Made by a program: the position numbers and the translations under genes | Part shown: piece by piece, positions 19,341-28,117 of the stretch | Position numbering within the stretch: the first letter of the stretch is position 1 | Layout: every line of letters begins with the position of its first letter | Notes under the pieces: model-generated | Told to the model about the DNA's origin: nothing | Seen by the model: only the letters and a program-made list of their open reading frames with translations | Database searches by the model: none | Origin: Abditibacteriaceae bacterium | GTDB lineage: Bacteria > Armatimonadota > Abditibacteriia > Abditibacteriales > Abditibacteriaceae | Reading direction: 5' to 3' | Length of the DNA: 52,684 nucleotides | Assembly: GCA_031425655.1 (NCBI GenBank) | Contig: JANPJS010000261.1 | Coordinates: forward strand, 1-52,684

Positions 19341-20195
19341 ATGCCAACTTTAATGACGCAACTGCGCCAGGCCATTCTGCACTGGGCGCAATCAAATCCC
19401 GACATCCGTTCTGTGATAGAAGTCGGTGCTGGTGTTCGTTCCGACCACCCTGCCGACGCCTGGTCTGACCTCGATTTAGAGCTTTACATCACCGATGTGA
19501 GCCGCTATGCGTCGCATAACGCCTGGTTCGAGGCATTTGCAACTGTGTGGGTTTATTTGCCGCTCCATGTCGAAGGCGGCTTCCCGTCGCGGCTTGTCAT
19601 ATTTGAGGGCGGGAACAAGGTTGATTTTGTTCTTTATTCAGTCGAAGAACTAAAGCGGCGCGCACAGTGGCAGGCTCTGCCGGAGATTTATCGTCGAGGT
19701 TATCGTATCGCCTTAGACAAAGACCACGTCGCCGCCGGTATCCCAGCCTCGCCGTTTGCACCGTCGAAGCCTGAGCCTCCATTGGCGTCAACCTTTCTCT
19801 TCACCGTCCAAGAGTTCTGGTTTGAAGCGTTTCATGTAGCCAAGTATCTGCGGCGCGGCGATTTATGGAGCGTGAAGTTCCGAGACCGGGCCACCAAAGA
19901 CGGCTTGCTTCAAATGATGGAGTGGCACGCTCAGGTGGTGCGCGGAATTGAAGATACCTGGCACAGTGGCAGGTTCATGAAGGAGTGGACGGAAGCGGAA
20001 ACCTGGACTGCTCTTCATGAGGCTTTTGGCGGCTTTGATTCGCAGGACAGTTGGCAGGCGCTGTTGGTGACGATGGATACTTTTCGACGATTGGCAATGG
20101 AAACGGCAGCGGGCTTAGGTTATGCGTATCCGACAGATGTAGATACCAATATGTCGGAGTTCATCGAATCACTCAGAAGACAAGGTGAAAGCTGA
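19341..20195 (+). CDS. Aminoglycoside 6-adenylyltransferase (AadE/AadK-like) family protein
   Basis: WAQSNPDIRSVI..GAGVR...ADAWSDLDLELY, KVDFVL, LDKD, EFWFEAFHVAKYLRRGDLW, WHSGRFMKEW. Confidence 0.85.
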   Translation: MPTLMTQLRQAILHWAQSNPDIRSVIEVGAGVRSDHPADAWSDLDLELYITDVSRYASHNAWFEAFATVWVYLPLHVEGGFPSRLVIFEGGNKVDFVLYSVEELKRRAQWQALPEIYRRGYRIALDKDHVAAGIPASPFAPSKPEPPLASTFLFTVQEFWFEAFHVAKYLRRGDLWSVKFRDRATKDGLLQMMEWHAQVVRGIEDTWHSGRFMKEWTEAETWTALHEAFGGFDSQDSWQALLVTMDTFRRLAMETAAGLGYAYPTDVDTNMSEFIESLRRQGES

Positions 20196-20197
20196 TT

Positions 20198-20371
20198 GAT
20201 CTTTTCCGCAATGTAGCCCGACAGGTGAAGAGCAGATTCTTCACGATGGACGTGGCCCAACGCACGGACGGAACATGGATCATCGTCGAATTAGGTGACG
20301 GTCAAGTGGCAGGACTGCCGGAATGTGCTGAGGCGAGCGGATTTTATCGTTTGCTGTCGAAGGTCGTGTAA
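20198..20371 (+). pseudogene. C-terminal fragment of an ATP-grasp (R2K-like) protein
   Basis: Translates as DLFRNVARQVKSRFFTMDVAQRTDGTWIIVELGDGQVAGLPECAEASGFYRLLSKVV*; the N-terminal part is missing. Confidence 0.65.
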
Positions 20372-20375
20372 AGCA

Positions 20376-20750
20376 ATGGTTCAACCCTCTCTCAATCTCA
20401 CCGTGGTGCGAACAGCCAATATGGATGCTTGCCTGGCCTTTTATTGCGCTCTGGGCCTGACGTTTCAGCAGGAGCAACACGGCTCTGGCCCGATTCACTA
20501 CTCCTGCGAATTAGGCAACACCGTGATCGAAATCTATCCTGGTGAACCGGGCACGGCTCCTGATCGAAAAAGCGGCGGCGCGACGATGCTGGGTTTTACC
20601 GTTGGCTCTCTGGATGCCGTTTTGGAAGCACTGCGTCCTTTAGGGGTGGAGCCTGCGGCGCCTCCTAAAGAGTCGGTTTGGGGCCGTCGCGTTCTGGTGA
20701 TTGATCCTGATGGCCGGGCCATTGATTTGATCGAATCTCCGACCCCATGA
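20376..20750 (+). CDS. VOC / glyoxalase-bleomycin resistance family protein
   Basis: LNLTVVRTANMDACLAFY, EQHGSGPIHYS, LGFTVGSLD, WGRRVLVIDPDGRAIDL. Confidence 0.88.
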   Translation: MVQPSLNLTVVRTANMDACLAFYCALGLTFQQEQHGSGPIHYSCELGNTVIEIYPGEPGTAPDRKSGGATMLGFTVGSLDAVLEALRPLGVEPAAPPKESVWGRRVLVIDPDGRAIDLIESPTP

Positions 20751-20762
20751 TTGTGTTGAGAA

Positions 20763-21563
20763 GTGACCGATCAGCTTGAACCTTTTATGGAGATACCGGC
20801 GATACACAGAGAAACGGCAGCGTTCTGGGACTCGATCAGCCACTGGTATGGCGAGCGCGACGAAGCTGAGTCCATCGCATATCTTCAGGCAGGCGGCAAC
20901 TACCTGTTTGAAAATGAGAAACGGATGCTCGGCGATCTCTCGCCGTGGTGCAGGCGCGCGATCCACCTGCAATGCTCTCATGGCAACGATGCCCTGTCCC
21001 TGCTTCGTCAGGGCGCAGCCGAAGTGATTGGGGTTGACATTACCCAGCGGTTGATCGCTGTGGCACGTCGCAAAACGCTGGCACTGGGCGCATCGGCGAC
21101 TTGGCACTGCTGCGACATTTTGAAAACCCCAGCTATTTTGGATGGAACGGCTGACCTGGTTTATACCGGCAAGGGTGCGCTGTGTTGGATGACGGACTTA
21201 GAAGCCTGGGCCAGAGTCGTGGCTCGGCTACTGGTGCCAGGTGGGCGCTTCTTCATTTACGAATCGCATCCCCTGGACTGGGTCTGGGATGTGGGTGCGA
21301 CGGAATTTGTCCTGGATCGGGAGCATGGGAATTACTTCTCGGACAAGTTCAGAAATAGTCTATTCTCCGTTACGGAGCCAACCCCACACTACCGTCAGTG
21401 GACTATGAGTCAGATCGTGAATACGCTGATAGCAGCAGGACTGGTTATCGAACGGCTTGACGAATATCCCGAACCGTTTTGGGGTCAGTTTCCGCATATT
21501 CCTGATAAAGCTCTTTGCCGTTTGCCGCACACGTTTGCTCTGATGGCACACAAGGCCAAATAA
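20763..21563 (+). CDS. Class I SAM-dependent methyltransferase
   Basis: AIHLQCSHGND, GVDIT, DLVYTGKGALCW, LVPGGRFFIYESHP. Confidence 0.88.
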   Translation: MTDQLEPFMEIPAIHRETAAFWDSISHWYGERDEAESIAYLQAGGNYLFENEKRMLGDLSPWCRRAIHLQCSHGNDALSLLRQGAAEVIGVDITQRLIAVARRKTLALGASATWHCCDILKTPAILDGTADLVYTGKGALCWMTDLEAWARVVARLLVPGGRFFIYESHPLDWVWDVGATEFVLDREHGNYFSDKFRNSLFSVTEPTPHYRQWTMSQIVNTLIAAGLVIERLDEYPEPFWGQFPHIPDKALCRLPHTFALMAHKAK

Positions 21564-21657
21564 GGCTAAGCGACGGACGGCGACAGCGGTGTAAGGACAA
21601 AGCGACCAGCAGCGAGCGGCGCGTGGGAAGAATTTCCTGCGCGCCCTTTTGTTTTTG

Positions 21658-21723
21658 GAGTAGCGGTAAGGATTTACCGCTACTCATAAAATGCAAAAAT
21701 TCCCTCCCAGCTATTAAAAAGTG
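21658..21723 (+). promoter_or_regulatory. Module 1: perfect hairpin plus conserved 37-bp upstream motif
   Basis: GAGTAGCGGTAA-GGAT-TTACCGCTACTC, then TAAAATGCAAAAATTCCCTCCCAGCTATTAAAAAGTG (21687-21723), then AAGGAG RBS. Confidence 0.7.
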
Positions 21724-21749
21724 AAGAACAACAAAAGGAGATTGGCGCG

Positions 21750-22142
21750 ATGAACTCAGCCCCGCTCAACCCCAACCGGATCGAAATGAAAACTGTTACC
21801 AACGGTTATGCTGTGGCCGTCGTGAGCGATCAGGGCATCAATTGCTATGTAGAGTCCGTCGTTATCAAGCCAGGCGAAGGCCCGTTTCCAGTGACCCTTG
21901 CCGAGGCTTATGTCAACACCCTCGTGACGTTCCATCGCTGGATCGCAGCTTATAGTGGCACCGGCCACTACTACAACTTAGTTGACAGGATTGAAATCAT
22001 GCGCGTGGCAACCATTGAAGAAGTCGAAGAACTTCGCAATAAGCTCTACCAAGAAGAGCGGTTTCTGCATACCAGCCCCGTCATGAGCGATGCTGGCGCC
22101 GTCATGTCTTGGGACGTTCATGCTCTGCGATCCAACTACTAA
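21750..22142 (+). CDS. Hypothetical protein
   Basis: AAGGAG RBS; follows motif copy 1. Confidence 0.7.
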   Translation: MNSAPLNPNRIEMKTVTNGYAVAVVSDQGINCYVESVVIKPGEGPFPVTLAEAYVNTLVTFHRWIAAYSGTGHYYNLVDRIEIMRVATIEEVEELRNKLYQEERFLHTSPVMSDAGAVMSWDVHALRSNY

Positions 22143-22150
22143 GGAGACCA

Positions 22151-22453
22151 ATGACGAAGACTGAATTGAAGGAATTGTGCGAGGCCCTGGCAGTGTGCGT
22201 TGACCGTGATGTCAACACGAATAACGGCTGGGGTTTTGGTGGCGCCCACAAGACGGTTTACCACTTGTCGAACGGCCACTCGGTGCATATTGGAACGGCT
22301 TACTTTCGTCACTTGAAGCCGCAGCCGTTCGCAAATATCCGCAATGAGCGTGGCGTGATCGTTGAGCCGGAAGGCGTGAAAAACGTCGCCGATATGCTGA
22401 ATAGCGCGATGGCGAAGGGCGAAATCAAGAAGAATGAGGCCGTGAAGGTTTAG
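22151..22453 (+). CDS. Hypothetical protein
   Basis: AAGGAG RBS overlapping the previous stop; MTKTELKELCEAL start. Confidence 0.7.
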   Translation: MTKTELKELCEALAVCVDRDVNTNNGWGFGGAHKTVYHLSNGHSVHIGTAYFRHLKPQPFANIRNERGVIVEPEGVKNVADMLNSAMAKGEIKKNEAVKV

Positions 22454-22458
22454 CATCT

Positions 22459-22538
22459 GGGCCGGAGCAGAAATCATCTGCTCCGGCCCTCATCGTTTCT
22501 GTAAAATGCAAAAATTCCCGCACAGCTATTAGATAGTG
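22459..22538 (+). promoter_or_regulatory. Module 2: perfect hairpin plus conserved 37-bp upstream motif
   Basis: GGGCCGGAGCAGA-AATCA-TCTGCTCCGGCCC, then TAAAATGCAAAAATTCCCGCACAGCTATTAGATAGTG (22502-22538; 33/37 identical to copy 1). Confidence 0.7.
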
Positions 22539-22552
22539 GAAGGGAGAATTTT

Positions 22553-22687
22553 ATGAAAAGTTACATCGTTTACTTGGACGGCGAAGAAGTCGGAATCATC
22601 AAGGCAGACAGCCACAACGCTGCCGAGAAAAAGGCCCAAAGGAAGTATGCTGGGCGATTCGTAGTAGTGGCCTACACCGAGATGTGA
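22553..22687 (+). CDS. Small hypothetical protein, 44 aa, not in the ORF track
   Basis: GGGAG RBS; MKSYIVYLDGEEVGIIKADSHNAAEKKAQRKYAGRFVVVAYTEM*. Confidence 0.7.
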   Translation: MKSYIVYLDGEEVGIIKADSHNAAEKKAQRKYAGRFVVVAYTEM

Positions 22688-22702
22688 CGAGCCATTCCGA
22701 GA

Positions 22703-22777
22703 CGCTCAGGCGCCTACTGAACCTGAGTGGAGATATGTGCTGTTAAGTAAAAATTCTCGCGAAGCTATTGGGTAGTG
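22703..22777 (+). promoter_or_regulatory. Module 3: weaker hairpin plus diverged copy of the motif
   Basis: CGCTCAGG...CCTGAGTG, then AAAAATTCTC-GCGA-AGCTATT-GGGT-AGTG (22749-22777), then AAGGAG RBS. Confidence 0.6.
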
Positions 22778-22798
22778 GGAAACAAAAAGGAGATGAAT

Positions 22799-22978
22799 AT
22801 GGCAGGTGGATTAACAGGCGTAACGCGGTATCGTGACGATGATCCAGTTTGGAAAGAAGGACAGGGCATCGGCCTGTTGCCTTGTGGGAAATCGACCGCG
22901 CAGGTAATGCTGGACGCACCGAACCAAGAAGTCGGCGGCGAAAGCGACGAACGACGCAGGCCGGAGCCGACAGAATGA
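22799..22978 (+). CDS. Small hypothetical protein
   Basis: AAGGAG RBS 6 nt upstream; ATGA overlap with the next ORF. Confidence 0.55.
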   Translation: MAGGLTGVTRYRDDDPVWKEGQGIGLLPCGKSTAQVMLDAPNQEVGGESDERRRPEPTE

Positions 22979-23265
22979 GTGACGAGCATTCGCAGCATCC
23001 AGACCCGTCGCAGGTAATGGCGTCGCTGCGTGAAATCGCACGCGCGTGGCAAGGAGCCACTTGGCTGGGGCAAGCCGCATCGGTCTCGATTGGACGCGAG
23101 GCATCGGACGCGCTTCTTGAAATAGTGCGGATTCCACTCCGCCGCGCAGCGATGCAGCAAATAAACCAAATGCGGATTTCACTCTTAGAGTGTGAACCCC
23201 GTAACCCGACCGGGAAAGGAGAAACAGATAGGCTGGTGAAGCCAGCCGACAGAGATTGTTCTTGA
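22975..23265 (+). CDS. Hypothetical protein
   Basis: ATGA coupling to the upstream ORF and GGAG RBS. Confidence 0.45.
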   Translation: MSDEHSQHPDPSQVMASLREIARAWQGATWLGQAASVSIGREASDALLEIVRIPLRRAAMQQINQMRISLLECEPRNPTGKGETDRLVKPADRDCS

Positions 23266-23381
23266 CAGATTGGAGTTCAACATCTCAGAGATGCCGCGCG
23301 TGAAGCGGCACCCCAACCGAATCCTACGGTGGGAACGGCGAATCATCGCCGGATGCGCGGGAGTGATCCCGAAAGGAAAAA

Positions 23382-25133
23382 ATGGAAACACCCTCTACAA
23401 TCCAGCGGCCCCATCTGAGCGCCGCTATTCAGGCCGCCGCGCGCTTCTGCGCCACCGACGGCTACCTGCCGATTCTCAACAGCGTGCTGGTTCAGTGCGA
23501 CGGCCAGCGGTTGTTCGCAACCGGAACTGACCTCAATGTTTTTGGCACCTGCGCCGTGCCGTGCCAGAGCGAGCCATTCGCGGTAGTCGTAGACCCTGGC
23601 GGTATCATTGACCTGCTCGCCCACACCCAAACGGACGATCTGGCGCTTCGAGTGACTGCAACTGGCTACTTAGAAATCACACACCAAACTGCGCGCTGCA
23701 TCAGCAGGTTTAGTTTCCCGGTTATTTCCGCCTCGGATTTTCCTGTCATGCCGGGGCACACCGGCGACAGCCTGACGCTGGATGCCGCTCGCCTTGCCGG
23801 TGCCCTGAAGGCGGTGTTGCCCTTTGCACCCAAGCCGTCTTCGCGACGCTGGCATCAGACGCCACCGGCGATCTTTTTCCAGGCCAGCGGCGACAGTCTC
23901 ACAGTGGTCGCCTGCGATGGCTCACGCTTCAACCAGGCCACATTACCGTTGGAGCATACCGATCTGCCTGAAGGTCGCACCGTAGCTCTTGTTCCTGCTG
24001 CTCTGGATAACCTGTTGCGTTTGCTAAAAGGCACTCCCGAAGGTGCCACCGTGCAATTGCACCTGTCGGAAAAGCACGCTTCATTTTCTCTTGACGCCGC
24101 GAAAAACGTCGCGAGCATCACCGTTGGCTCCCGGCTGCTGGACGCCCAGATCGACATCGAGAAAAACGTATCCTTGTTCGAGTCGCCAGCAGGCAGCATC
24201 ACGGTGGAGAGACGCTCGATTGAGCGCGCGTTGCAACGCTTGGCGCGCATCGCCAAAAGCGACAGCAACCGTGTCGAGTTGCAAGTTCGTGACAACACGA
24301 TTCTCATGTCCGCTCACAGCATCGACACCGGAACCGCCAGCGAGCCACTGGACGCCCTTGTTGAAGGCTGTGACATAGCTTTTGCTTTGTCGCTGACCCA
24401 TCTGCAAAGCGCACTGAAGGCCACTCCAACGCCGCAAGTCGTGATCGAATACCAAGACGATGCCATGCGGGTGGTTCGCGTCGGCGGTGTCTTGATTAAG
24501 CCAGTGGCGACCCTGGCCGTTGAAGAGGCTGAGCGCGCCGCCAAACGCGCGGCACAGGAAGCCGTGGCCGCCGGTGCGGATATTCAGGGCCTGACCGATG
24601 GGATCGTGCAGCAATGGCTGGAAACCCATCGCGAGACCTTCTGGGGCAACGTCGGGGCTTTGAAGTTTAAAACGCTGGCTGAAGCTGGCTCGAAGGCCGA
24701 CTTGCCCGATGAACTGCGCGCCCTCGACACAGATATTGTGCGCGGCGTCCGCGAGCGCATCGGAGCGACGTTGGCGCAGCGGGGCATCTTGGAAGATGCC
24801 AATGACGACGCTGCCTATCAGGTGAACCAAGCCTGGGCCGACTCCCTGCTTACTGATGGCGAAGTCGAGCGGCGTGCCCGCGCCCATGAGGTGTTGGCGG
24901 AACTGGCTGCGGCTTACGTCGGCAAGCTCCGCAACCCTGACAAGATCGACTACGCCGAGCAACTGCTCGCCTACTATCAGGGCTTCACACAGGGCCAGTA
25001 TCCCAGCGCCGGACGCAGCCTATCCGGCACCGAGCAACGCGATGTGCGGACGCGCATCGGCGCGTTGATGTCACAGGTCAGGAGCGCCGTAGAGGCCACA
25101 GTGGACGTTCAATCGGTTGGTGATGCTGTATGA
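23382..25133 (+). CDS. DNA polymerase III beta-clamp (DnaN)-like protein with about 200-aa C-terminal extension
   Basis: LPILNSVLVQCDGQRLFATGTDL, ISASDFP, VVACDGSRF, SRLLDAQ, IAFALSLTHLQSALKA match the three beta-clamp domains, followed by an extra helical region. Confidence 0.8.
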   Translation: METPSTIQRPHLSAAIQAAARFCATDGYLPILNSVLVQCDGQRLFATGTDLNVFGTCAVPCQSEPFAVVVDPGGIIDLLAHTQTDDLALRVTATGYLEITHQTARCISRFSFPVISASDFPVMPGHTGDSLTLDAARLAGALKAVLPFAPKPSSRRWHQTPPAIFFQASGDSLTVVACDGSRFNQATLPLEHTDLPEGRTVALVPAALDNLLRLLKGTPEGATVQLHLSEKHASFSLDAAKNVASITVGSRLLDAQIDIEKNVSLFESPAGSITVERRSIERALQRLARIAKSDSNRVELQVRDNTILMSAHSIDTGTASEPLDALVEGCDIAFALSLTHLQSALKATPTPQVVIEYQDDAMRVVRVGGVLIKPVATLAVEEAERAAKRAAQEAVAAGADIQGLTDGIVQQWLETHRETFWGNVGALKFKTLAEAGSKADLPDELRALDTDIVRGVRERIGATLAQRGILEDANDDAAYQVNQAWADSLLTDGEVERRARAHEVLAELAAAYVGKLRNPDKIDYAEQLLAYYQGFTQGQYPSAGRSLSGTEQRDVRTRIGALMSQVRSAVEATVDVQSVGDAV

Positions 25134-25537
25134 GCCTAATTGCTGAGAATACGCACGTTACGGCTCTGTTGTTCGCCCTAACCGGCTTTGGCAGCCTTGA
25201 CATTAACCGGGCGGCCCAGTGGCTCGACGAGGCTGATGCAGATTACGGCGACTTCGCTACCTTCATAGAATCGTTCTGCCAGGACACCGGCACTTCATTT
25301 GTCGGTCTTGACATCGTGGCAGTGGTTTTGGAATTCATCGCTCAGGAGGCTAAAGCCGACGAACTGCGCGAGCATATTTACGGGAACTACCTCGACAGCC
25401 GATTCGACATCGGGGAAGAAGAGGCGGGCCGCATCCTGTATGCGGTTATGGAAGACGAGCGCGGCGCGGCCTGGCGGTTTCTGGTGGGGTTGACCGACGC
25501 GGAAGAACCCGACCAAGCCTCTTTGGACGAAGAATAA
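25130..25537 (+). CDS. Highly acidic hypothetical protein
   Basis: ATGA overlap with the DnaN-like gene; about 30 D/E versus 7 K/R in 135 aa (hand count). Confidence 0.7.
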   Translation: MSLIAENTHVTALLFALTGFGSLDINRAAQWLDEADADYGDFATFIESFCQDTGTSFVGLDIVAVVLEFIAQEAKADELREHIYGNYLDSRFDIGEEEAGRILYAVMEDERGAAWRFLVGLTDAEEPDQASLDEE

Positions 25538-25584
25538 TTTCGAGTCGTTGGCACCTTAACGCCCAAAGACTCAACGTGTTGAAA

Positions 25585-25620
25585 GCCCCGCAGGCATCCG
25601 CCTGCGGGGCATTTTTGTTG
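25585..25620 (+). terminator. Intrinsic terminator
   Basis: GCCCCGCAGGC-ATCC-GCCTGCGGGGC followed by ATTTTTGTT. Confidence 0.8.
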
Positions 25621-25711
25621 GCTGGCAGAGTCGCCCGGTGATCCGCCAGCGCAACGACAAGACACCGGCATTGCAGGGCACATTCATGCGCCCTGCCGAT
25701 AAAGGAAATTC

Positions 25712-26602
25712 ATGGCAGAGATTGAGAATTGGAGCCGTCTCGAACCGGCGGCTCTCTGGCAGGCATGGAGAGAACCATTTGTCAGCGACACCTCAGCAAT
25801 CGCTCACGCGATCTGGGCGACCAATAAGTTGATAAAGGAGTTGCCTCGAAAGCATCACTGGCAAATCCACAATGAGTTCTATTCGATCAAAGACTACTTT
25901 ATCGAATCCCAGCAACATCATCTGGTCGAAGGGCGTATTGCTCGTATAGAAACCGGGCGTTGCGGAATTTGCAACGGTGATGGAGCGGAATGGGAAGGCG
26001 GCCCAAGTTGTGGCGTTTGCAACGGCAGCGGTGAGGCAGCATCGTCAACACTCTACCAGCACGATTTTGTGATTGACGGCCAGCGATACTCCTTCCACTC
26101 TTATTACCCACCTCAACAACTCTCCGATGAACCAGGAGAAAACCTTCAGCGGTATGGGAAACCATTGACCTCAGAAGAGCGCCAGGCTCTGCGCCTCCCG
26201 CGCAAAGGTCTCCTGAAACTGCTGCGACACGTCGCGATGGATCAGTGGAGCTTCGTATCCGATAACGGAGTTCTCTATTCGCCCAAAGGATATGTGACAC
26301 ATCAGCAGGAACTCAAGGAAATCAGCTTCCAACAGGCGATTGAAACGGAATACGAACGACAGGAAAGCGGCCATGTGGCCTGCCAGAAAAGCCGGACGCG
26401 CTTGGCTTTTCTCGAAGCGAAAAGAGTTCGCTTGCAGCAGGCACTGAAGCGTCAGCAACCAGGAAGCGCACGCAGAAAGAAGACCGAAGACGACCTTCGC
26501 AAAGCGGAATCGCGCATCGCTGAGATTCAGCATCAACTGCGAAGTATTGAAGCTAATCAAGCGCGCAGAGCCGCGAAGAAGAACGGCAACGAAGGGCATT
26601 GA
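25712..26602 (+). CDS. Hypothetical protein with CxxCxGxG zinc finger and C-terminal coiled coil
   Basis: CGICNGDG...CGVCNGSG; basic coiled-coil tail; AAAGGA RBS. Confidence 0.65.
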   Translation: MAEIENWSRLEPAALWQAWREPFVSDTSAIAHAIWATNKLIKELPRKHHWQIHNEFYSIKDYFIESQQHHLVEGRIARIETGRCGICNGDGAEWEGGPSCGVCNGSGEAASSTLYQHDFVIDGQRYSFHSYYPPQQLSDEPGENLQRYGKPLTSEERQALRLPRKGLLKLLRHVAMDQWSFVSDNGVLYSPKGYVTHQQELKEISFQQAIETEYERQESGHVACQKSRTRLAFLEAKRVRLQQALKRQQPGSARRKKTEDDLRKAESRIAEIQHQLRSIEANQARRAAKKNGNEGH

Positions 26603-26718
26603 TTCAGGAGAAAATCGCCTGGCATCTACACCGATGCCAGGCATGACGACAGCCACCGTAAATCGCCGAATTCAGGGGCGGAGCGGTTGCTGTCGTGGTT
26701 TACAAAAGGAGATCGAAG

Positions 26719-27792
26719 ATGAAAGAAGGAATTTCGTTTGACGAATTGACCGGGCGAGTAGCGCGTTTAGCGTCGCAGCGCCACGATTTTTATGCGGCGA
26801 CGAATGAAATGAGGCTCAATACTGAGACCGGCGAGAGTCGTCTGGTAACGTCGAGCGGCGAGTTTGGCCTACGAGACAGCGGGCACCTTCACCTAAGTGA
26901 GTTGACCGGAATTGATCGGAGGTATTATCAGCGGATGCTGACTCAGGCACCTGCGCTGCTCGCCAACAACGTCAATCACTGGCTGGCGCGGAGCGGCCCT
27001 AAACCACGTCTTGTGCGCGCATTGGATACGACCGTTCGCGCCATCGCATCCGTGCGTTACGCCACGCTTGATAACGACGATTTGTTATCCGCTGTTGAAC
27101 CGATCATTTGCGACCTCGGCGCGAAAATTGAGTCATGCGCGCTTACAAATGAGAGCCTAACGATTAAGCTGGTGACTCCGAAGTTACAGGGCGAAGTCAA
27201 AAAAGGAGACCCAGTTCAGGCAGGGCTTGTAATCAAGAACTCAGAAGTGCGCGCCGGTGCGTTGTCCGTTCAGCCGCTGATCTTTCGTCTCGTTTGCACG
27301 AACGGCCTAATTTCCGGCGGTGCCAATGGCAAGGCCGCCAGCCGCCGCCACATCGGTCGCGACTGGCGCAGCGACAACGATTACTTTGGAGTCGTGTCGG
27401 AGAATGTCGAGCGGGCCGCTTGGGAGCGCGGTGTATGGCAAAACCTCGCGGCCAATATCCGCCAGGCCATCAGCACCGATTCGTTTCAGACGATTCTCGA
27501 ACGCCTGACTGCTACGACGCGCTTGCAAAGCACGCTCGAACCGGAGCAAATCGTGGAACGGCTCGAATCGCTGGGGCCGGAGTATCGGTTGGGGCCAGAG
27601 ATTCAAGCGCAGGTCGTCGGGCATCTTCATGCCGATGGTTATGATGGGACTCTCTGGCACGTCATAAACGGCATCACGCGGGCCGCTCAGGACGTTTCCA
27701 GCTTCGAGGTGGCAACGAGCCTTGAAGAGCTTGGCGGCAGACTGTCGGCGCTGACGCAGCGCCAATGGGATCGGCTGGTCTCAGCCAATTGA
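26719..27792 (+). CDS. DUF932 family protein (phage/plasmid mobile-element associated)
   Basis: VRAIASVRYATLDN, IKNSEVRAGAL, FRLVCTNGLI, TLWHVINGITRAAQ; AAGGAG RBS. Confidence 0.8.
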   Translation: MKEGISFDELTGRVARLASQRHDFYAATNEMRLNTETGESRLVTSSGEFGLRDSGHLHLSELTGIDRRYYQRMLTQAPALLANNVNHWLARSGPKPRLVRALDTTVRAIASVRYATLDNDDLLSAVEPIICDLGAKIESCALTNESLTIKLVTPKLQGEVKKGDPVQAGLVIKNSEVRAGALSVQPLIFRLVCTNGLISGGANGKAASRRHIGRDWRSDNDYFGVVSENVERAAWERGVWQNLAANIRQAISTDSFQTILERLTATTRLQSTLEPEQIVERLESLGPEYRLGPEIQAQVVGHLHADGYDGTLWHVINGITRAAQDVSSFEVATSLEELGGRLSALTQRQWDRLVSAN

Positions 27793-27874
27793 TCCCATTC
27801 AGCCACTCTGATTCCGGTTCTCGCAAATGCCGGATCAGTTGATTTTCCCAACGCCTTAAAACCAAATACAACAC

Positions 27875-27903
27875 AAGCCAGGGCATTCCGCCCTGGCTTT
27901 TTT
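27875..27903 (+). terminator. Intrinsic terminator
   Basis: AAGCCAGGGC-ATTCC-GCCCTGGCTT plus T-run. Confidence 0.75.
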
Positions 27904-28117
27904 GTTAGTGAAAGGAGACCTCATGACGAGAAGCATTGAGAAAAGAATTCTGCACTTATTAAAACCTCCACGCGGGCCGCCCTGTGCGGACAGCACCCTC
28001 ACAGTCACTCTGGGTGCTGCCACCGAACCCAGCCCCAGTCTCGTTGGGGTTCACGACCAACTCATCACCATGCAGGTGATACCGAACAGGAATCCGTAAG
28101 GGTTCACAAAGGAAACG

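Noticed and set aside
21687..22777. 37-bp repeats as a CRISPR array
   Set aside because: Spacing is about 815 and 240 nt with ORFs in between, and no cas genes are present.
27902..28099. 65-aa ORF with a good RBS
   Set aside because: No recognisable features and possibly a frameshifted remnant; not supportable as a gene.
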